Source: a virus (lineage: Duplodnaviria > Caudoviricetes). From it: DNA of 36,144 nucleotides. This document shows positions 26,988 to 34,521 of this stretch, one piece after another (position 1 is the stretch's first letter; each line of letters starts with the position of its first letter). The stretch covers positions 1-36,144 of the IMG/VR virus record IMGVR_UViG_3300032010_000004. One strand, 5' to 3'. Position numbers and translations under genes: made by a program. The notes beneath the pieces were generated by a model. It was not told the origin of the DNA and searched no databases. It was given only the letters and a program-made list of their open reading frames with translations.

Positions 26988-27569
26988 TCACGAGAACGTG
27001 ACCTGTGCCGTCAGCGTCCATGTCCCCGATGACTTGGTGCCTAGCGCGGCGACCTTGCGTTGCAGGTTCGTCGTGCCGTTCAGGAACCCTGCCCCAGAAG
27101 CGGTGGTGGCGCCAGCCGCAATCGACCACTCCGCCCAGACGTAGTTCGCCTCTGTACCGGCGAAGTCTGACTGGAAGCTGACCGTCTGGTTCGAGCGTGA
27201 CGGATATGTCGCGTTCATCGCCTTGTAGAAGCGGTTGGTCGCAGCCTGTAGTTCCGCCTGCGTTGCCGCCTCAGCGGTGTTGCTGTCGCCGACACCGGTG
27301 AAGGCATTGGCGTTCGACCACGGGTTGCCCGCCACCTGGTTCGAGAGAACGGTGGCGATCATGGTCATGTCCATCAGCCGCTGGATGCCCTCGTTGAGTA
27401 GGAGGTTGCCGTCGACCTCCTTGACAACCTCTGCCTCGCCGATCACCTGACGAAGCAGATGCGACCCGATGTCGATGCCCTTCGGCAGCCAGAGCTTGCG
27501 GCGAGCGAACTCGCACGCCTCCTCTGACCACTGCTCGCAGATCCAGTGAGTGGTTCCGTTGCGCATCAC
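26988..27569 (-). CDS. Beta-rich virion structural protein (193 aa); possible fibre/whisker subunit
   Basis: NLLLNEG...GVGDS..A..A.Q..L...F...EAN..W.E...RKV..LGTK....W pattern that I associate with phage fibre-related proteins. Start is GTG 27569 or ATG 27566, both coupled to the upstream stop. Confidence 0.65.
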   Translation of the reverse strand: MMRNGTTHWICEQWSEEACEFARRKLWLPKGIDIGSHLLRQVIGEAEVVKEVDGNLLLNEGIQRLMDMTMIATVLSNQVAGNPWSNANAFTGVGDSNTAEAATQAELQAATNRFYKAMNATYPSRSNQTVSFQSDFAGTEANYVWAEWSIAAGATTASGAGFLNGTTNLQRKVAALGTKSSGTWTLTAQVTFS

Positions 27570-27976
27570 GTCTTGTCACCACCCGCACCGGCGTCCTGTG
27601 CCTGGATGTTCTGGATCGCTTCCGCGAAGACGGCGAGCTCCTGCGGCACTTCCTTGCCCTCCGACTCCAACTGCGTGACGAGTTGCTTGGCCTGTTGGGC
27701 AAGACCGTACACGGTGGGCTGCCCAGGATCGACAGCGCGGTGCGCGGGATGAAGCTCCGCGTCCGTGTCTTCGCTGATCGATCCCCAGTTGAGCAACTCG
27801 TCGATCATGTCGCTGGCCGACGTGAGCCCCTCGTGATCGGGCATTGCCTCTTCGGCCAACTCCACCGACTCCTCGAAGTCAGAGCGGGGGATCATTTGCC
27901 CTGGGACGTATGCCCTCCCGTTCCCATCCAGGAACGGGAGGTTCACATACGTCAGAGCCTTGTACTCGTCGGCCAT
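27566..27976 (-). CDS. Acidic hypothetical head-region protein
   Basis: Contiguous with its neighbours; high GC at third positions. Confidence 0.75.
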   Translation of the reverse strand: MADEYKALTYVNLPFLDGNGRAYVPGQMIPRSDFEESVELAEEAMPDHEGLTSASDMIDELLNWGSISEDTDAELHPAHRAVDPGQPTVYGLAQQAKQLVTQLESEGKEVPQELAVFAEAIQNIQAQDAGAGGDKT

Positions 27977-27979
27977 CGT

Positions 27980-28498
27980 CTACCCTGAGGCAGCCGACAT
28001 CTTGGCCTCGAGACGATCGACGACGCCCCGGCGCGGCTCGTTGTCCGTCGCCAGGTTCTCTGCGTCAAGGACCTTCTCGATGCTGTCGAGGTCGTCACCT
28101 GCCAGGGCCACCGTCTGCTCGACGTTGAGCTTGTGGTCCTTGATGTAGTCGGCCATCTCGTCGACCGACATCTCACCGGGGTTGCTCTCGCCATCGGCCG
28201 GCATGATCTGCCCCTGCGCCTGCAGACGCGGTGCGGTGTTGCCGCGATTGCGAAGAGAGAACACCTGATCGGCATCCGTCCCAGCGTAGGTGCCGGCACG
28301 GATCTCGTCGGCCTCCTCGTCTGTGTAGAATGCGTCCAGGTCCTCACCGCGCTTGACGTAGTCCTCGTTGGTGATGTCCACGTCGTCCCCGGCGATGTTG
28401 ATGCGCTCGGTGAGCACGTCGGGACCGCTGGGATCGACAGGATTGGGCGTCACCTCGAACCATGTGAAGAGACGATGCTTGATGATCTTCTGCGTCAT
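27980..28498 (-). CDS. Acidic protein following the major capsid gene (172 aa) with a small helical C-terminal domain
   Basis: AGGAGGAG SD and ATG 28498 (MTQKIIKH). C-terminal VLDAE......R.GVVDRL resembles post-capsid accessory proteins. Confidence 0.75.
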   Translation of the reverse strand: MTQKIIKHRLFTWFEVTPNPVDPSGPDVLTERINIAGDDVDITNEDYVKRGEDLDAFYTDEEADEIRAGTYAGTDADQVFSLRNRGNTAPRLQAQGQIMPADGESNPGEMSVDEMADYIKDHKLNVEQTVALAGDDLDSIEKVLDAENLATDNEPRRGVVDRLEAKMSAASG

Positions 28499-28506
28499 CG
28501 CTCCTC

Positions 28507-29592
28507 CTAGGTGAGTCCGGTTGCCTTCAGGACCGCGAACCCGTTGTTCGCGTACATCACAGGCCGGACGCTCGACTGGACCCACGTCTGCTGCTTGCCG
28601 TTCGGGTCGCGCCAGGTCTCCGTGCTGAGCGGTGCCTCGATCCGCATCTCGCCGACCTGACCCTCGGCCAGCGCGTATGCGCTGCCGGCAGTCATGCGGT
28701 TGGTGACGAACAGATCGATGTCGTACGAGTCGAGCAGGGCACCGAGCTTGTCGCCGTAGATGCCCTCGAGATTGAACATCTCTGTGGGGTTCATGATCCA
28801 CAGGTTGTAGTCCATGTCCATCTCGTCCTGCTCCGCGATCAGATCCGCCTTGGCGAAGTCCCTCGCCGGAAACAGCGGCCAGTTGGATCCTGCGGCATAC
28901 GTCGTGTTGACACTGCCCCAGCTGACGCCGGTGAACGTGCGCGAGTTTGCGGTGATGAACGCCTCCAGGATCTGGACGCCGCGCTGGTTGATCTTGCGCA
29001 CGATCGTGTTGCTCAGCTGACGCATTGCCTTTGTGAACTCCGAGATCAGGTTGCGGTCTCGGGTTTCGTCGAGGAAGTAGAACTTGCCTCCCCACTTCTC
29101 GACGACCGCCGCTGCAGGAGCGCGACGGCTGAAGCTGACGACCGGGAACTCCGATCCCGGCTCCACCCGCTGAACGTCGCGGTCCATGTAGTAGTCCGGT
29201 GTCACCACCAGATCATAGACCACGGCTCCGCCGGTGACTCCGCCCGCTGACGTGAACACGCGGTCCACGAAGAACCGCTGCCTTGTCAGATCGAGCACCA
29301 TCGGCGTCAGCACCCGCGTGGGGTTTTGAAGCGCGATGTCGATCGAGAACACGGTCCCCGTGATCGTCGGCGGTCCCAACGGATTCATCACGGCACCCGG
29401 ATACGGCGCAGCAGCGACTGCGGGAGGACCCTCCCACCGAGCAGCAATGAACTGCTCGGCATCGCGGAAGCGCATCCGCTCGAACTCCGGATCCATGCGA
29501 CCCTCGGCGACGAGCGTCGCCATGGTGTCGTCGCATACCATGACACGAGGGCCGTGGTCGATCTGGAGAACGGCAGGCTTCGTTGGCCTCAT
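28507..29592 (-). CDS. Major capsid protein (HK97 fold inferred), 361 aa including a ~61-aa N-terminal extension
   Basis: GGGAGGT SD and ATG 29592. PLGPPT...L.DLT.QRFF.DRVF...GGAVVYD, V.PG.EFP, KWGGKF...E..DRN and ETWRD...W motifs; follows the decoration gene. Confidence 0.88.
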   Translation of the reverse strand: MRPTKPAVLQIDHGPRVMVCDDTMATLVAEGRMDPEFERMRFRDAEQFIAARWEGPPAVAAAPYPGAVMNPLGPPTITGTVFSIDIALQNPTRVLTPMVLDLTRQRFFVDRVFTSAGGVTGGAVVYDLVVTPDYYMDRDVQRVEPGSEFPVVSFSRRAPAAAVVEKWGGKFYFLDETRDRNLISEFTKAMRQLSNTIVRKINQRGVQILEAFITANSRTFTGVSWGSVNTTYAAGSNWPLFPARDFAKADLIAEQDEMDMDYNLWIMNPTEMFNLEGIYGDKLGALLDSYDIDLFVTNRMTAGSAYALAEGQVGEMRIEAPLSTETWRDPNGKQQTWVQSSVRPVMYANNGFAVLKATGLT

Positions 29593-29605
29593 CCCTACCT
29601 CCCTT

Positions 29606-30070
29606 CTACGCCTTGACAGCCGGGTTGAAGGTGTAGAGCTCGACGACGACGTCGACGCCCGCAGCCCCGGCGGCACTGCGAGCCTTGCCCACAACCACCT
29701 TGCCGGATGCCGGCGCGGCGGTGATGACACGTCCCTGTGCGTCCGACTGCAGCAGGTCGCCGATGGCGACTGCCCCGCCGGACGTAATGGGCAGAACCGT
29801 TCCGTCACCGTCGATGATGACAGCCTTGCCGTTGATCGGAACGTCCCAGCTGATGACACCGCTGACCTCGCCACCGGCCACCGGAGCGACAGGGACGACC
29901 ATGTTGCCACCGTCGTTGGCGGCCAGCGGGTCGGGTGCCAGAGCCGGACCTGAGCCCTGGTAGCCGGTCTTGGGACCGGCCAGGGTCTTGCCCGTCATGG
30001 CGTACCCAGCGTGCACCGTGACCTTCTGGGTGTACGCACCCTCGAAGTAGGTGATGCACTCGTTGTTCAC
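29606..30070 (-). CDS. Capsid decoration/cement protein (DUF2190-like)
   Basis: GTG at 30070; Gly/Ala/Val-rich; GV..WD, SGGAVAIGD.L.SDAQGR, VGKA.SAA motifs; lies between scaffold and capsid genes. Confidence 0.8.
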   Translation of the reverse strand: MNNECITYFEGAYTQKVTVHAGYAMTGKTLAGPKTGYQGSGPALAPDPLAANDGGNMVVPVAPVAGGEVSGVISWDVPINGKAVIIDGDGTVLPITSGGAVAIGDLLQSDAQGRVITAAPASGKVVVGKARSAAGAAGVDVVVELYTFNPAVKA

Positions 30071-30074
30071 GCCA

Positions 30075-30731
30075 TCACCGCCTTGTGTAGTGCCCGTCGG
30101 CAGCGATGCGCGAACGCCGCATGCCACCCGCCGAAGCGGCGACCGCTGCGTCCTGCTCCTTCTGCGCACGGACCTCGGGGAACAGCTGAGCAGACCACTC
30201 GCTCACCTGATCCGCTGACAGAGCGTCTCCCTCCTCGCCATTGCCGCCAACCGCCGTTGCGCGAAGCTCGACCGGGATGAGACCGGGCTGCAGAGACGCA
30301 AGCGTCTCCTCACCCTTGGGATCGTGCTCCAGGTAGTTCAGCCAGTGATCCTTGCTGGCCGGAGCGATGCGACCGTCCTTCATCGCAGCGGTCACCAGTT
30401 CGTCACGCTTCTCCTTGCGGCGCTCCGCAATGAAGTCACGCGACTCGTTGGTGGCTGCGACAAGGCCGTCGTACTGCGCCTTGTCCACCAGGACTGTTCC
30501 CGGAGGAAGTGCGCTTGCCGCCACAGCGGCAGGAGCCACAGGCTCTGCCGGAGGAGCGACAGGCTCTCCGATCGGCTCGTCCGCCGGTGTCGGCTCGGCA
30601 GCAGGCGGTGTTGGCACCTGCGGCTCGATGATGCCGGCAGCGGCATTGAGCTCGCGGAGGGTCTCCTGGACCTGCGCGTCGGTTGCTTCCTCCGGCAGTC
30701 CCAGGCGATCGCGGATCAGCTTGGGATCCAT
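30075..30731 (-). CDS. Nested in-frame product 2 (218 aa scaffold, Mu gpZ-like) from internal Met828
   Basis: AGGAGG-ttcg-ATG inside the ORF (MDPKLIRDRLGL...). Confidence 0.65.
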   Translation of the reverse strand: MDPKLIRDRLGLPEEATDAQVQETLRELNAAAGIIEPQVPTPPAAEPTPADEPIGEPVAPPAEPVAPAAVAASALPPGTVLVDKAQYDGLVAATNESRDFIAERRKEKRDELVTAAMKDGRIAPASKDHWLNYLEHDPKGEETLASLQPGLIPVELRATAVGGNGEEGDALSADQVSEWSAQLFPEVRAQKEQDAAVAASAGGMRRSRIAADGHYTRR

Positions 30732-31103
30732 CGAACCTCCTGTGTCGGGTTGCGGGATGCTCTCATCCCTTGTGTTCCAGCTGGCGGCCACTTCCCTGCC
30801 TACCGCCAGTGTCGCTGCAACGTACGAGGCAGCAGCCTTGTACGCCTCGACCGTCTCGGGGATGTAGTCGATGCGAACCGGCTGCGGATCGCCGAAGCTG
30901 ACTGCTCCCTTGTCCGACGAGAAGGACAGCTTGTACAGCTGACCGGACTCGTCATCTTCCACAACGAGTTCGTTCGGGTCCATCAGCACAGCCTGAACCC
31001 ACCACCAGTTCTTCTCTGGATTGGCTGGAACGTACTCGCCATAGAAAGCTCTGCGCACGTCGTCGAGATTCACCGACGCAGCAGTCTTGCCAAACAACCT
31101 CAT
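30075..31103 (-). CDS. Nested in-frame product 1 (342 aa, long scaffold form) from internal Met704
   Basis: AAGGAGG-cgatcca-ATG inside the ORF, just after the protease domain (MRLFGKTAAS...). Confidence 0.6.
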   Translation of the reverse strand: MRLFGKTAASVNLDDVRRAFYGEYVPANPEKNWWWVQAVLMDPNELVVEDDESGQLYKLSFSSDKGAVSFGDPQPVRIDYIPETVEAYKAAASYVAATLAVGREVAASWNTRDESIPQPDTGGSMDPKLIRDRLGLPEEATDAQVQETLRELNAAAGIIEPQVPTPPAAEPTPADEPIGEPVAPPAEPVAPAAVAASALPPGTVLVDKAQYDGLVAATNESRDFIAERRKEKRDELVTAAMKDGRIAPASKDHWLNYLEHDPKGEETLASLQPGLIPVELRATAVGGNGEEGDALSADQVSEWSAQLFPEVRAQKEQDAAVAASAGGMRRSRIAADGHYTRR

Positions 31104-33212
31104 TGGATCGCCTCCTTGCAAGAGCGCCGGGTCGATGGTAACTCCATCCGGTATCTCTTCGCCGTAGAACTGAGGAAGATCCTCAAGTACGGAGATGCCC
31201 GGCCACTGTACGCCGAGCAATGAGCAGGCAGAGATCACGAAACGCCACCGCTTGCCCATCTGACTTTCCAGTTGCTGTCCCTCAGGTGCGAAGGCAGGCA
31301 CATTACTGTACCCCTCTACCGAGCGCGAGGGATAGGCTGCCGGCATGATGTCCGCCAGCCACTTGGGAACGCCGACATAGTCAGCGTACACCGTCGTGCC
31401 GTTATCCGACAGACGGAGATTGGTTGCAACGCCGAAACTCGGTGAGCCATCGAAGACCTGGGCATCGTTGAACCGAGGATCGATATGACCGATCTTCAGG
31501 CGCGGACGAGGAACGCTGCTGTCCTCGTTCGCCGCCATCACGGCATCACGCAGGTCCTCTGGGGTGAATGTCCTTGGCCCTGTGCTCAGCGGGTACTCCA
31601 CTCCGGCGTGCAAGATCGGCACGTTTGCTACCGTGACAAGTGCTGGCGCAGACGATGCCATGACATCAGGCTTCTTTCCCAACCATCTGCGGAAGGAAGC
31701 TCTGATAGTCGCAGGGGAACCCGAGGAGGGAGCACCCGACGGGTCCCCTGCGGCCTGTGTCCGTTGCAGGGGTTGTGTCACACCCGCACCAGGAGGAACG
31801 GGTTGTGCAGACTCTGGCAACTCCCCTCGCGGTGGCACAACTTGCCCAGGGGCAAGCTCCTGCGGCTGCCGTGGTACACCAGGACCGACGATGATGTTCG
31901 GCCTCGGTGTGCTGCGGCTCGGCAGCTGGTACTTGTAACGGATGGCATTCTCCAGTTCCTCGTCCACGATGATCACGCCACGTTGAACTAGGGTGGCTAG
32001 CTGCTCCACGCCCAGGCTGTCTTCACTCGTGCGCTCCCACGTGATCTTCGGGACAAACTCCTCGTCCTCGCCGTAGTTCCAGTCGACAATGTCTTCGATG
32101 ATGTGCTCGTTGGTGATGTCGCAGTACCACTGCGCGATGTGGCGCTGCGCGACGAGGAAGAAGTCTTCAAACGTCTCCCCCAGCGCGTAGCTGCCGACAT
32201 GCGCCCCACCCTGGGCCAGATTGGCGAGCATCAGCATGAAACGACGAGCCATGCTTTCGTCGTATCGCTTGATCGTTGCGTCGATGTCGGAACCGGAACC
32301 CTTGGCGATGTGAAGCGAACTGCCATAGGGAACAGCGCCACCGGCGGTCTCGCCGATGCGGAACTGCTGCATCATCTGGCCCAGGTCCTCAATCTCGGTC
32401 ATCGTTGCACCTTGAGGACCTACGGCATATGGTACACCGCCGGCACGCTCGTGGTTGATTGCCTCCACTCGCATCAGGCGGTCCTTCAGCACCCAATCCT
32501 TGAAGCAGTCGCGCATCATGCTGCGACCGTGCCAGTTCATCCCTTCCATCTGGAAGATGTAGCCGGTGAGCCGGTCAACCGGGATCGGCTCGGCGAATGA
32601 GGACAGCGGTGGGTTTGCTGACAGGAACGAGTTCCTACTCGCCCACTGCACCACATTCACGAGGCTGCCATCATCCTCGACGTTCATCTGCGCGATCGTA
32701 CGAGGCATGATCGGGAACATCCTACGCAGACGCCACTTGCCATCCACCACCTCACCGTTCTGCTCGAAGAACATGTGACCGTAGATAACGGACAGCATGG
32801 ACTGCAGGACAAAACGTGGATGACTGAACCTGCCCTTCAGCCGTCCTTGCGGCTTGTGATCCTCACCCATCACCGGCAGGTTGAGATCCTGGCTGATCTC
32901 TTCAACGAGCGACGCGCGAGAGCCATTCGGGTCAATCACGAACCGCAGCTGGCTGATCCCCCACATCACGGACGTTAGTAGGGCAGCCAGCTGCGAGTCC
33001 GTGCGCATCTGTTCCGCTGTCCAGACGCTGTTCGGCCAGAACCACTCTGGCACTGTCTCCTGTAGATCGATGAACATGTGCCACGGAGCCACGCCGCCTG
33101 TCTGCGGATTCAGGCCGACCCCGTAGTTGAACGGATCAGCGACGCCGATCAGGTTGACGGGAGGACGTGCGCCCTGCGTCGTCGTGATCCGTGGTCTACC
33201 GACAGGAGGCAT
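30075..33212 (-). CDS. Fused portal (DUF935/Mu gp29-like) - prohead protease (Mu gpI-like) - scaffold polyprotein, 1045 aa
   Basis: aa ~1-435 are portal-like (MRTDSQL, YGH.FFE, G.S..R.C...W.LK...ER..G.P, GSYALG). A Pro-rich linker follows. aa ~518-700 are protease-like (LKIGH.D, YP.RSVE, LLG...PG...L). aa ~828-1045 are scaffold-like (LGL.E.AT, V.AA..DGRI.PA..W). No stop codon separates them. Confidence 0.85.
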   Translation of the reverse strand: MPPVGRPRITTTQGARPPVNLIGVADPFNYGVGLNPQTGGVAPWHMFIDLQETVPEWFWPNSVWTAEQMRTDSQLAALLTSVMWGISQLRFVIDPNGSRASLVEEISQDLNLPVMGEDHKPQGRLKGRFSHPRFVLQSMLSVIYGHMFFEQNGEVVDGKWRLRRMFPIMPRTIAQMNVEDDGSLVNVVQWASRNSFLSANPPLSSFAEPIPVDRLTGYIFQMEGMNWHGRSMMRDCFKDWVLKDRLMRVEAINHERAGGVPYAVGPQGATMTEIEDLGQMMQQFRIGETAGGAVPYGSSLHIAKGSGSDIDATIKRYDESMARRFMLMLANLAQGGAHVGSYALGETFEDFFLVAQRHIAQWYCDITNEHIIEDIVDWNYGEDEEFVPKITWERTSEDSLGVEQLATLVQRGVIIVDEELENAIRYKYQLPSRSTPRPNIIVGPGVPRQPQELAPGQVVPPRGELPESAQPVPPGAGVTQPLQRTQAAGDPSGAPSSGSPATIRASFRRWLGKKPDVMASSAPALVTVANVPILHAGVEYPLSTGPRTFTPEDLRDAVMAANEDSSVPRPRLKIGHIDPRFNDAQVFDGSPSFGVATNLRLSDNGTTVYADYVGVPKWLADIMPAAYPSRSVEGYSNVPAFAPEGQQLESQMGKRWRFVISACSLLGVQWPGISVLEDLPQFYGEEIPDGVTIDPALLQGGDPMRLFGKTAASVNLDDVRRAFYGEYVPANPEKNWWWVQAVLMDPNELVVEDDESGQLYKLSFSSDKGAVSFGDPQPVRIDYIPETVEAYKAAASYVAATLAVGREVAASWNTRDESIPQPDTGGSMDPKLIRDRLGLPEEATDAQVQETLRELNAAAGIIEPQVPTPPAAEPTPADEPIGEPVAPPAEPVAPAAVAASALPPGTVLVDKAQYDGLVAATNESRDFIAERRKEKRDELVTAAMKDGRIAPASKDHWLNYLEHDPKGEETLASLQPGLIPVELRATAVGGNGEEGDALSADQVSEWSAQLFPEVRAQKEQDAAVAASAGGMRRSRIAADGHYTRR
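31710..31752. other. Strong GC-rich hairpin inside the portal-protease linker
   Basis: cgcagggg-a-acccg ... cgggt-cccctgcg: about 13 bp with one bulge, plus a small inner stem. Confidence 0.65.
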
Positions 33213-33216
33213 CTGA

Positions 33217-33300
33217 CTACCAGGTGTGAATCAGTTCGATGAGGAGGATGATCGCAATGGCAATGACCGCGATCTCTGTCAGGCCATACTCACGCTTCAT
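33217..33300 (-). CDS. 27-aa single-pass membrane peptide (not in ORF track)
   Basis: ATGA-coupled to the holin-like stop. Translation MKREYGLTEIAVIAIAIILLIELIHTW*. Ends 4 nt before the portal ATG. Confidence 0.7.
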   Translation of the reverse strand: MKREYGLTEIAVIAIAIILLIELIHTW

Positions 33301-33605
33301 GGTGTCGGCCACCTTTCCTTTGTATCCTCGATGTCATTCGGCGGCTCCGGCAGATCAGTCATCCTCGGGTACCGATCTCGCTTGTCTCCGTTGCCCACCT
33401 GGTACCCAATGAAGGCACCGAGCAGCCCGAAGATGCCGCTGAACGATGAGATGAGCACCTGCGTCTCATTCTCGGTAAGGGACGATGCCGTGTTTCCATG
33501 CTCGATCGCCGTCCACACGATCCCAGCCGTGAGGACGATGATTGAGATTGATACTCCGAGTGCCAACGCGAGAACGGAGTATGCTGCAAAGTTCCGTCCC
33601 TTCAC
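33297..33605 (-). CDS. Holin-like two-transmembrane protein
   Basis: Two hydrophobic segments and a charged C-tail; GTGA-coupled to the endolysin. Confidence 0.7.
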   Translation of the reverse strand: MKGRNFAAYSVLALALGVSISIIVLTAGIVWTAIEHGNTASSLTENETQVLISSFSGIFGLLGAFIGYQVGNGDKRDRYPRMTDLPEPPNDIEDTKERWPTP

Positions 33606-34519
33606 TCTTTCACCCTGACGAAGACCGTAGCTTGACCGGAAACGTATCGGTCACGCCGCATGACCTCTCCGCCATTGGATTGATTGGAGGCGCTGGTGTT
33701 GCCCTCGATGCACTTGAACTGGTTGCTGTTCACCCACTTCTCGAAGATACCGATATGGTCATATTCCCCGTTGCGATCCCAGTCGAAGCAGACGAGATCG
33801 CCCGGCTGAGGATCGCTCGTGATGCTCAGACCCCGGTAGCCCATACGCGCGTCGTAGACGATATACGGTACATATGCGTAGTACTGACCTTTCACGAATG
33901 ACTTGGTCGGAGCCTCACCGGTCTGATCGCACCAGGTACAGAACATCGCACACCATGGCCCGATCATGTTGTACCACTGGCTGTACTTCACCTGGTTGGA
34001 GTTTGCCGGCGACTCCTTGACCCCGATCTCCGCAACCGCTTTCTTCAGGCGAGCCTGCGCAGCCTGGGGTTTTACGGCTGGGGGTGGCTGCGCAGGCTCC
34101 TTCCCCTTGAACTGATCCCACGCGGCATTGATGAGCTCCACGGAACGGGCGTCCATGGCTGGCTCTCCGGCGTGAGGCAGTCCTTCGGGGATCCTGATGG
34201 AGCGCAGCGTGTTGAACGTCTTCTCGCCGACCCAACCCGTGTCGTCCATGTTCTGCTGGCGCTGGATCCCGGCGATGCCGGTGTCAACGACGTTGCCGCT
34301 CTTGCCGTGACTGAAGAGATTGCTGAAGTCCTGGTCGAATGGCTGCCACAGCCAACGACCGGCACGGCTGACCGTGCGCTTGTAGGCCTCGACGTCGGGG
34401 CCATCCACGCTGGGCTTCTTGCCCTGCTTGTTGGCATCGGGTGGGTACAGAGGACGCGGGAAGCCTCTGACCGCTACCATGGGCCCACCCGGATATCCCT
34501 TTGTCCACCAGTCGGCCAT
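33602..34519 (-). CDS. Endolysin: N-terminal peptidoglycan-binding-like domain plus C-terminal CHAP domain
   Basis: G.DV.A.KR...IQRQ....TG.VG.KT...L (binding-domain-like); PWCAMFCTW, PQPGDLVCFDW, DHIGI, IEGNT (CHAP Cys/His). Confidence 0.88.
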   Translation of the reverse strand: MADWWTKGYPGGPMVAVRGFPRPLYPPDANKQGKKPSVDGPDVEAYKRTVSRAGRWLWQPFDQDFSNLFSHGKSGNVVDTGIAGIQRQQNMDDTGWVGEKTFNTLRSIRIPEGLPHAGEPAMDARSVELINAAWDQFKGKEPAQPPPAVKPQAAQARLKKAVAEIGVKESPANSNQVKYSQWYNMIGPWCAMFCTWCDQTGEAPTKSFVKGQYYAYVPYIVYDARMGYRGLSITSDPQPGDLVCFDWDRNGEYDHIGIFEKWVNSNQFKCIEGNTSASNQSNGGEVMRRDRYVSGQATVFVRVKE

Positions 34520-34521
34520 GA

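Noticed and set aside
28499-30169. Long N-terminal extensions given by the ORF track for 27980..29095, 28507..29910 and 29606..30169
   Set aside because: They overlap real upstream genes in other frames and read as Arg/Ser/Pro-rich shadow sequence. Supported starts are 28498, 29592 and 30070.
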